From NCBI GenBank assembly GCA_949295675.1, contig CASFMA010000026.1:9898-73897 (forward strand): a stretch of DNA of 64,000 bases. Direction: 5' to 3'. The notes below the pieces were generated by a model that saw only the letters and a program-made list of their open reading frames with translations, had not been told where the DNA came from and searched no databases. The position numbers and the translations under genes were made by a program. Shown one piece after another: positions 57,513 through 64,000 of the stretch (its first letter is position 1; each line of letters opens with the position of its first letter). Origin of the DNA: an uncultured Spirochaetales bacterium (GTDB taxonomy: Bacteria > Spirochaetota > Spirochaetia > Sphaerochaetales > Sphaerochaetaceae).

Positions 57513-57531
57513 TTGCACTCTTATAGTGCAA
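57513..57531. promoter_or_regulatory. Perfect inverted repeat TTGCACT-N5-AGTGCAA (candidate operator or hairpin)
   Basis: Read directly from the sequence. It lies in the AT-rich spacer ~100 bp upstream of the candidate promoter of the SPFH operon. Confidence 0.25.
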
Positions 57532-57605
57532 TCAGTTCCTCAATTTTGCAAGTGACGAAAAAAGCTTGATACTAGCTGCATTCTTTTCATGAAACTATAT
57601 TTTGT

Positions 57606-57633
57606 TTGCGGGTTTTCTTTTTGCATATATAAT
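57606..57633 (+). promoter_or_regulatory. Candidate promoter of the SPFH-led operon
   Basis: TTGCGG(57606-11)-N16-TATAAT(57628-33). The predicted transcription start near 57640 favours the ATG at 57661 over the ATG at 57649. Confidence 0.35.
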
Positions 57634-57660
57634 AAAAAGGAATAATTCATGGGGGTTTCA

Positions 57661-58839
57661 ATGGCTATAATCAATTTTGTTGAATGGCGTGATGCCGATC
57701 CTTCAGTTTTTGCTTGGAGATATCCGGAAACGAATCTTTCAATGGGAACCCAGGTTATTGTCAATGAATCCCAGGAAGCTGTGTTTTTCTCTAAAGGTGA
57801 GATTGCAGACAGACTGGGACCAGGTCGCCATACGCTCTCTTCTGCCAATATCCCTGGCATATGTAAACTTTGGGGTATTCCATTCGGAGGCAAGAATCCT
57901 TTCACAGCAGAGCTTTGGTTTGTAAATAAGCGAGCTCCTTTGAATATTGATTGGCACTGTTCAAAGATGATGGTATCTGACAGTAGATTCTCCGTTGTGC
58001 CGCTTGTAGCTAGCGGACGTTATGGTCTGAGAATTGAGAATTCAGAGCGATTTCTTGCCGAACTTGTCGGAAACGTAGAACGCTTTACATCTCCTCAGAT
58101 TACTGAGCATTTTTCTGGCATGATTGAGCAATATACCAAGAATGCGATTGTAAACTACATCTCTAATAATGGTGTTTCTGTAACTGAGATTACAGCCCGT
58201 CTTACAGAGATAGCTGATGCAGTAGGCAAGCAGATGACTCCTTTCTGGGCGAAATATGGGTTAGCAATCCCTGGCTTCTTCATCACAGATATAAGTATTG
58301 ATGAATCAGATTCAGTTGGAAGAAAGGTACTGGAAGCTATCGCATCTTCATCTGCTCAGAATATCGCTGGATATACATGGCTGCAGGAGCAGACGATGAA
58401 GATTGCCAATAATGCAGTCACAGGCCCAGGCGGAGATATGGGAATCCTTGGCATGGCTATGCTGACAGGAGCTTTCGGTGGAGGCATGAACGGCTTTGGT
58501 TCCCAGATGATGCAAGTACCTGGACAGAATCAGATGCCACAGAATCAAGGAGGGTTTCAGCCCCCCAGACAACAGGGGCGAAAAGTAGTCTATTGTTCAA
58601 ACTGCGGAAAGAGCTATCCAAGTACAAGCAAGTTCTGTCCAAACTGTGGTGACAAATATAATCCATGCCCTGTCTGCGGTGCTGACAACTCTGAAAATGC
58701 TAAGCGCTGTGTGAGCTGTGGCACAGCACTCGTAAATAAGAATGATGTTATGTCTGACTCTGGTTACATCTGCCCGTCATGCGGTGCTCCTGTAACACCT
58801 GGAACGAAGTTCTGTCCAAACTGTGGCAGTAAACTTTAA
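57661..58839 (+). CDS. SPFH/band-7 domain protein with a G/M/Q-rich linker and three C-terminal zinc ribbons (COG4260, B. subtilis YdjI-like)
   Basis: The N-terminus IINFVEWRDAD..VIVNESQEAVFFSKGEIADRLGPGRH resembles the YdjI family. Three CxxC-x10-CxxC units close the protein. An alternative start is the ATG at 57649. Confidence 0.75.
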   Translation: MAIINFVEWRDADPSVFAWRYPETNLSMGTQVIVNESQEAVFFSKGEIADRLGPGRHTLSSANIPGICKLWGIPFGGKNPFTAELWFVNKRAPLNIDWHCSKMMVSDSRFSVVPLVASGRYGLRIENSERFLAELVGNVERFTSPQITEHFSGMIEQYTKNAIVNYISNNGVSVTEITARLTEIADAVGKQMTPFWAKYGLAIPGFFITDISIDESDSVGRKVLEAIASSSAQNIAGYTWLQEQTMKIANNAVTGPGGDMGILGMAMLTGAFGGGMNGFGSQMMQVPGQNQMPQNQGGFQPPRQQGRKVVYCSNCGKSYPSTSKFCPNCGDKYNPCPVCGADNSENAKRCVSCGTALVNKNDVMSDSGYICPSCGAPVTPGTKFCPNCGSKL

Positions 58840-58850
58840 GGAAGTACATT

Positions 58851-59534
58851 ATGAAAACGAAATCGTTGAGGATTTATATATCTCTGATTGCTTTGATCAT
58901 TGTAGCAATCTATGTTCTTCTTTTTGTTGCTTTTGCTAAGACACCATATTCTTCTCAAAGTATCTTCTTCCTTGTCCTTATTCCATTTGAAATTGCAGTG
59001 AACTGGGCTTCTCTCTTCTTTACTGCTCGGTATAGGAATGATGAAGGTGTGATCACATCAATCATGCCAGTGCTTATTTCGCAGGTTCTCTATACAGTTC
59101 TTTCGCTTGTGATCGCATTCATTCTTGCTTTTTTCGGAGCATCTATGAAGACGCAGCTAGTAATCCAGGTTGCCATACTGCTCATCGGTGTAATCGGAAT
59201 CATGATTGCATTCTTCAGTGCTTCTGCTTCTAAGGAGAGTACAAAGGTTCAAATGGAGAATCTGCAAAGCGTTAAGGATATCAGAGCACAATTCAGAAAG
59301 ACTCTGGATGAGATGGAAGCTAAAGGGCTTGAGGGAGATAATTTCTCACTTCTTTCATCTCTCTATGATGATTATGCACATATTGCACCGTGTAATAAAG
59401 CAGAAGCAGCCGCACTCGATAAGCAGATTGCTGAGACGTTGACTGAAATATCGTCCCGCAAGGCAAGTGAGTGTGATGGCAGTATTTCTATGTTGCGTTT
59501 TCTTGTTAAACGTCGCTTGAGCATCAGAAGCTGA
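58851..59534 (+). CDS. Hypothetical 4-TM membrane protein with a helical cytoplasmic tail
   Basis: There are four hydrophobic segments in residues 1-125, then ~100 aa of charged, helix-like sequence. RBS is AAGGAAG, 11 nt after the upstream stop. I recognise no motif. Confidence 0.6.
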   Translation: MKTKSLRIYISLIALIIVAIYVLLFVAFAKTPYSSQSIFFLVLIPFEIAVNWASLFFTARYRNDEGVITSIMPVLISQVLYTVLSLVIAFILAFFGASMKTQLVIQVAILLIGVIGIMIAFFSASASKESTKVQMENLQSVKDIRAQFRKTLDEMEAKGLEGDNFSLLSSLYDDYAHIAPCNKAEAAALDKQIAETLTEISSRKASECDGSISMLRFLVKRRLSIRS

Positions 59535-59554
59535 GATATAGGGGAGGTTATGAA

Positions 59555-61555
59555 ATGCAAGGTAAGCTGTATCAGGACTCATCGAGCATATATGAGGACG
59601 AGGCAAGGATCCTTTTTGATTATTTTTCGCAGGCTGCTGATCGGATCATTGAGGAAGAGAATAAAGCAACGGCAAGGATTGAAGAGGCAAAGGACAGCCT
59701 GAACCGAGCGTTTCAGGATGGAAAAAAGAAGAAGATACGCAATATAATATTGTTTATTTTTGCACTTATTGGAGCTGCTTCTCTTTTCTATATCGGGGAG
59801 GCGAAGCCGTCATATATAGTTGCGGGCCTAGCTGTCATCTTCTTTTTCATGTTACTTTCGTCGATTTTCTCATCTAAGGCGAAAATAGCTGAAAAGAAAG
59901 CGAAAGTGAAAGAAAGCGAAGAGGCGTTCTCAGCAATCAGGCGGAACTATCGTGTTGATAAGCTTGGTGTTGCATATGTGCCAGTTGCCAAGAAGATACC
60001 GTTTGGCAGCCAGAGCATAACTGTAGATCTGAGTGGGGCTGTGCAAGATGAGAATTTCGAGCTTATTTCCATCAACGAGCCGGATAAATTCGAGAACGAT
60101 GTGAACGCATTCAAGAAAACACTCTCATCCGTGCCTCTTGTTGAGGGCTCTAGAATTGCAAGCAATGTCGATACTGCTGATTTCTCTCCTTCTATGCAGG
60201 AAGTTCCTATCTATGATTATCTATCATCTATAAGCAATGGAATCGGTACTATAGAAACAGACCTGAAGAATGTCGATAAGAAATCCGTATCGATTCCTGT
60301 TATCGTACCAGGCTCTGAGACGATGGACTTCCTTAGCAAATGCGGAACCACGGAGCCTGAGGATTATCCTGTTGTCAATGTTTTCGATTCAAGCTCTGTT
60401 GAACCTAAGCTGAGCGTGCTTCTCGATATTTACAACCAGAGAAAAAATACAAGCACAGGCGATGAGAAAGCTTTGGAGAATCTTATCTCGTTGATTGGTA
60501 TATCTGCACAGACAATAGTTGGGTCCAAGATGAACTGCTCTGCAGCAATTCTCGAGTACAATAATGGTATATTCGCTAATGTTTTGAAGAGTCCTTATCG
60601 CAATTACAGCCCTAAGCTTGAAGCTGAGACGATAGAGGAGATCAAGTCAATGAACTTCAATTTTGGCGATATGGCTGAGACATATAGGCCATTCAAGTTC
60701 AAGGAAAGCTCATTGATGAAGTTCGATCTCTATTCTGGTTCTTGGATTGATGAGACAGGAGGAAGAACATCGATGCCTTTCGGCTTGCACCAGATTCAGG
60801 AAGAGATCTTCATGCCTATCGTCAATAATCTAATGGAAGAGAATAGAATCGAGAGGCGCAAGATCTACGAGCGTATCCAGACACAGAAGCTGGAGTATCT
60901 GAACAAATGGCATACAGAGACACAAGATTTCTATGGCCGTAACAGAGATACATCTGATACGCTTAAGAGTAATATAATTGAAGCACTTTCTTCTTATAAT
61001 TCATCCTATGCGACATGGAAAGCTATCAAGGATACTATCAGCAAGATGGATGAGCAGCAGAGCCTTCTTGGTGGTAAGATTGAGAACGACAGTACAACGG
61101 CCTCTTCTATGATAATTGCTGCGGAGCAGGCCAATAATAACTTCAAAGCGCTTGAAGAAGAATTCGATGCTTATATGGAAAGATTGCAGGATGATATCGA
61201 CGAGAAGGCAGATAAGTTCGGTAGGGTAACTTATTATGAAGCGTATCTCTATGCTGCTGAGGCACAGAAAGCCGCAGTTGCTGCTGGAAATGTATCTTCG
61301 TTTGATTCCAGAAAGCTTAAACTGGCAAAAGCCAGTCCTTATCTTGCAGAGTATGGAACGCTTCCACCTCAGCCAAGTGTTGACGATGAAGTTTATGAAA
61401 TCATGGATAAGAATCTTGCATCTGAGGCATCCGACCTTCTTAATAAGCTTCATGAGGATGAAAGCAATGAAAGCGAAAATGTCGAAACAATAATGTTCAC
61501 TGATGAAGATGGAAATAGCGGAGCATACGATGCTCTAGATTCCGACAAGGAGTGA
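59555..61555 (+). CDS. Hypothetical 666-aa membrane protein (coiled-coil, a pair of TM segments, then a large unknown domain)
   Basis: RBS is GGGGAGG. The two TM segments are IILFIFALIGAASLFYIG and IVAGLAVIFFFMLLSSIF. About 530 aa follow, and I could not find a P-loop, nuclease, protease or other known signature in them. The C-terminal tail is acidic. Confidence 0.65.
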   Translation: MQGKLYQDSSSIYEDEARILFDYFSQAADRIIEEENKATARIEEAKDSLNRAFQDGKKKKIRNIILFIFALIGAASLFYIGEAKPSYIVAGLAVIFFFMLLSSIFSSKAKIAEKKAKVKESEEAFSAIRRNYRVDKLGVAYVPVAKKIPFGSQSITVDLSGAVQDENFELISINEPDKFENDVNAFKKTLSSVPLVEGSRIASNVDTADFSPSMQEVPIYDYLSSISNGIGTIETDLKNVDKKSVSIPVIVPGSETMDFLSKCGTTEPEDYPVVNVFDSSSVEPKLSVLLDIYNQRKNTSTGDEKALENLISLIGISAQTIVGSKMNCSAAILEYNNGIFANVLKSPYRNYSPKLEAETIEEIKSMNFNFGDMAETYRPFKFKESSLMKFDLYSGSWIDETGGRTSMPFGLHQIQEEIFMPIVNNLMEENRIERRKIYERIQTQKLEYLNKWHTETQDFYGRNRDTSDTLKSNIIEALSSYNSSYATWKAIKDTISKMDEQQSLLGGKIENDSTTASSMIIAAEQANNNFKALEEEFDAYMERLQDDIDEKADKFGRVTYYEAYLYAAEAQKAAVAAGNVSSFDSRKLKLAKASPYLAEYGTLPPQPSVDDEVYEIMDKNLASEASDLLNKLHEDESNESENVETIMFTDEDGNSGAYDALDSDKE

Positions 61556-61557
61556 TT

Positions 61558-62481
61558 ATGGCAAGTTTCACTGTTGATATAGGAACTGAACCCCTTGCTG
61601 AGCATGTTGATGTGATGACTTCATCAGTCCGTCAGGTTTCCTCATCTGTAGACACGATGTCCAATCGCCTTGTCGCAGCAGAGCAGATGGCAGCAGAGCG
61701 TGTTAGTATGAATGTCACTTATGGCTTTTACATGCTTACTCGCAATCAATTCATGCAGAAGGCTATAGCGCTGGAAAACGATGTTCTTATGACATTCTCA
61801 AAAATCCAGACTTATTCGGAGAATCTTAAAGAGATAAAAAGACGTATGGAGAAGGATTATGCTAATATATCGCGTCAGTATCTCAAGATCTTCTCGAATA
61901 TCGACGAAGCATTGAAGAACTCGATACGCGAGCTTGACCAGGGCCTTGTCGAGGTGGCTGTCGATGGAAGGCAAAAGCTAACGGAGAGACGGTTGGAGAA
62001 CTCAGTCAAAGTCATAGCTTATCCTGATGACATCCTTATGCTTTCGCAGACGATGGTGTCTGGAAAGCTCAAGAAAGAGGCTGAGGTTCTTCTTTCTCAT
62101 CTTTTTGCGCTTGTTGAAGCCCAGAAAAAGTTAGGTGGCAAGATGCAGGGAAGTCTCTCTTCAGAACAGATAGAGAACGATGAAACACTCTACTTCCCTG
62201 TTGTAATGATAGAGACAGAAAATCAGGATGAGGAAGGTAGCTATGTGTTGGAAATCAGGATGCCTAATTTCCCTGAAGCGATATCTACGCAGAGCGGCAG
62301 TGTCTATTCCCGTGTTGTAGAGCTTAAGGATGATGATATCTGGCAAAAAGGCAATAAGGCGAAGATGACATTGGTGAGAAGCGAATTCAATAAGCTTCTT
62401 TCATCACTTGATCCGCGTAAGAAAGAAATCATGCAGACTCTTTTTGAGTCTTCTGAATGGAAGGAGCTGAGAAAGGAATGA
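61558..62481 (+). CDS. Hypothetical protein, paralog 1 of a tandem pair
   Basis: The ATG at 61558 has an AAGGAG RBS lying in the upstream gene's last codons. A GTG at 61552 overlapping the upstream stop is an alternative start. The protein is helix-rich and paralogous to the next gene. Confidence 0.6.
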   Translation: MASFTVDIGTEPLAEHVDVMTSSVRQVSSSVDTMSNRLVAAEQMAAERVSMNVTYGFYMLTRNQFMQKAIALENDVLMTFSKIQTYSENLKEIKRRMEKDYANISRQYLKIFSNIDEALKNSIRELDQGLVEVAVDGRQKLTERRLENSVKVIAYPDDILMLSQTMVSGKLKKEAEVLLSHLFALVEAQKKLGGKMQGSLSSEQIENDETLYFPVVMIETENQDEEGSYVLEIRMPNFPEAISTQSGSVYSRVVELKDDDIWQKGNKAKMTLVRSEFNKLLSSLDPRKKEIMQTLFESSEWKELRKE

Positions 62482-63476
62482 GCTACTCTAGAACATTTCA
62501 TGGCAGTGTCAGCTTATCTGTCCATTACTCCTATCCAGCGAGTGAGCATGGGGGGAGCGGATCGAAGACTGTCACAGAGCCTATTACTATCACAGTAGTA
62601 GTCGATGATGCGCCATTCATACGTTCGGCTGCTGTTTGTACAGAGAGTATCGATGACGTGGCTTCAAGCCTTATCGAGGCGGCTAATCGCAATGAGAGCG
62701 CGAAGATTACTACTGCCGAAAAAATCAGCAGCAGTGTCATCAATGGCTTCTATAACTACACTAAAGCGGATTTTTCCCAGAAAATGGTGGAGCTTGAGAA
62801 TGAAGTTTCCGCAGCAGGCCCGAAGCTTCTGACTTACTTCGACCAGCTGAAAAGTATCAAGGAGAGGATGGAGAATGACTTCAATATGATAAAAAAACGC
62901 TATGTTGATATCTTCTCTTCCCTTGATGATGAGCTATATCGGGAAGTCTATAGGCTGTACAGCCCTTGTTTCGATCTTATCGATGACTGCTTCAATAAGC
63001 TGATTGTCTCAAGCAGCCTTTCATCTCTCTCTGAAGTCCTTGGATACAACGAGCTGACAGTGACTGAGAATGCTTTGCTGCTTTCATTCCTAAAGTTGAA
63101 GCTTTCAGGTGTGATGAAGTTACTTTCAAGGATAGCTGAAAACATAAAGCATCTGGATTCTGTTATCTCCGCTGTTTGCGAGAAAAAAAGTGCTGATGAT
63201 ACCATAACGCTTTATGTCCCTGCTATTTTCTTCCAGCGTGAAATGTTGACCGGTGGGAATTCTGAGATAGTCACATATGCACCATCCATCGCTTCGGATG
63301 AAGCACAGAAGAAAATCATGGAGAGTGTCCAGCTCTCAGCTTCTTCGTTCCAGGCAAAACCTCGCGAGATGGATCTTGTTGAAATGAAATTCCAGGAGAT
63401 GATGGCTGGTATGGAAAGTGCTGAGAAGCGAAAGAAGATGATGGCTCTATGGCAGTCTTACAAAGGAGGTAATTGA
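62478..63476 (+). CDS. Hypothetical protein, paralog 2 of a tandem pair
   Basis: The start overlaps the upstream stop as ATGA, preceded by AAGGAG/GAAAGGA. It shares blocks with paralog 1, for example INGFYNYTKADFSQKMVELENEV versus TYGFYMLTRNQFMQKAIALENDV. Confidence 0.6.
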   Translation: MSYSRTFHGSVSLSVHYSYPASEHGGSGSKTVTEPITITVVVDDAPFIRSAAVCTESIDDVASSLIEAANRNESAKITTAEKISSSVINGFYNYTKADFSQKMVELENEVSAAGPKLLTYFDQLKSIKERMENDFNMIKKRYVDIFSSLDDELYREVYRLYSPCFDLIDDCFNKLIVSSSLSSLSEVLGYNELTVTENALLLSFLKLKLSGVMKLLSRIAENIKHLDSVISAVCEKKSADDTITLYVPAIFFQREMLTGGNSEIVTYAPSIASDEAQKKIMESVQLSASSFQAKPREMDLVEMKFQEMMAGMESAEKRKKMMALWQSYKGGN

Positions 63477-64000
63477 TGATTTCAGAGAAGAATATGGAAG
63501 AAATAAGAGTAGATAGCAAGGATCTGATCCTGAAAGACAATAAAGTAAGCTCAGGTATTATCCCGCAGACATCTGCGCAGCTCAAACGTTCCATTGTCAT
63601 TGAAGGCAATGTTGATATTCTTGGCGCTGTTTATGGAGAGAAGGTTCTTGTCCACGATGGGCCATGCTCTTTCCATCGCTCTGTCTTCGGAAAAGAAGAG
63701 CTTGTCATCGATCCGACTAGCAAAGGTTCAATCATCTTCCATGAATCAGCTGGATCGAATCATGTTGTTTCTTCTGCTTCTCTTTCAGGAGAAGTCATAT
63801 TTGCTTCGGATATCAATGCAAAGAGAGTAACTCTACGCAATGCGTTTGTCGGAGGTTGTGTATATGCTGATGAGATCAAGCTAGATAACTCTGTTGTAAT
63901 CGGTGGTGCTTTTGCTTCCAAGAAGCTTGAGATAAATCATTCTGTCATAGGTACTTTCAACAGTCAGGAAGTCGTACTTGAGGGGAGGAATTATCTAATT
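63476..64000 (+). CDS. Bactofilin-like beta-helical repeat protein (3' end truncated by the window edge; not in the ORF track)
   Basis: My own translation from the ATG at 63476 (AAAGGAGG RBS, TGATG overlap) is open for 175 codons to the window end. It reads MISEKNMEEIRVDSKD..SIVIEGNVDILGAVYGEKVLV..RVTLRNAFVGGCVYADEIKLDNSVVIGGAFASKKLEINHSVIGTF, with repeated short hydrophobic/Gly beta-strand units. Confidence 0.55.
   Translation, partial: MISEKNMEEIRVDSKDLILKDNKVSSGIIPQTSAQLKRSIVIEGNVDILGAVYGEKVLVHDGPCSFHRSVFGKEELVIDPTSKGSIIFHESAGSNHVVSSASLSGEVIFASDINAKRVTLRNAFVGGCVYADEIKLDNSVVIGGAFASKKLEINHSVIGTFNSQEVVLEGRNYLI

Noticed and set aside
57294-57569. 91-aa plus-strand ORF in the same spacer
   Set aside because: It has no RBS, overlaps the minus-strand ORF and has low-complexity sequence, so it is likely spurious.
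57566-57594. Alternative promoter TTGATA-N17-ATGAAA for the SPFH operon
   Set aside because: The -10 hexamer is poor. The TTGCGG-N16-TATAAT combination further downstream is better.
57540-57905. 121-aa minus-strand ORF overlapping the start of the SPFH gene
   Set aside because: It is antisense to a well-supported SPFH coding region.
1-64000. tRNA, rRNA, CRISPR arrays, IS elements and integrases
   Set aside because: I scanned every intergenic region longer than 60 bp and all ORF translations. I found no cloverleaf-like sequence, repeat-spacer array, DDE transposase or tyrosine/serine recombinase motif.

Overview
This 64-kb window is densely packed, mostly housekeeping chromosome, about 50-55% GC by eye (not computed). 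It probably comes from a spirochaete. The evidence is grpE-dnaK-dnaJ, rpsT next to an HU/IHF protein that closely resembles Borrelia Hbb, lnt, a Rho with a long N-terminal extension, mnmE-mnmG-rsmG-ftsK, efp-epmA and nifS-nifU. Other content includes purD, dus, cinA, rpmE, hsp20, surE, an orphan AgrC/LytTR-type two-component pair, and a CcdA/thioredoxin pair. There is also a small polysaccharide-related cluster (carbohydrate-binding protein, heparinase II/III, Fe-ADH, DUF362), a DEAD-box helicase, an MsbA-like ABC exporter, plsC, a complete ECF transporter module and guaA. I saw no rRNA, tRNA, CRISPR array, transposase or integrase. The clear outlier is the last ~7 kb. A ~0.7-kb AT-rich spacer follows guaA, and then a visibly lower-GC operon with A/T-ending codons, made of at least six tightly coupled genes, runs off the window edge. 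It encodes an SPFH/band-7 protein with three C-terminal zinc ribbons, a 4-TM protein, a 666-aa 2-TM protein with no motif I recognise, two tandem paralogs of unknown function, and a bactofilin-like beta-helical protein that is absent from the ORF track. I cannot assign this gene set to any named system, and it is the best candidate for something undescribed. Secondary observations include a perfectly spaced sigma-54 promoter match in front of hsp20 and a frameshifted TIM-barrel isomerase gene. There is also a translationally coupled surE-ykgJ-nifS-nifU-HTH chain, a divergent AOR-family protein, and several proteins with long low-complexity tails. All protein family calls come from motif recognition by eye; no searches were run.
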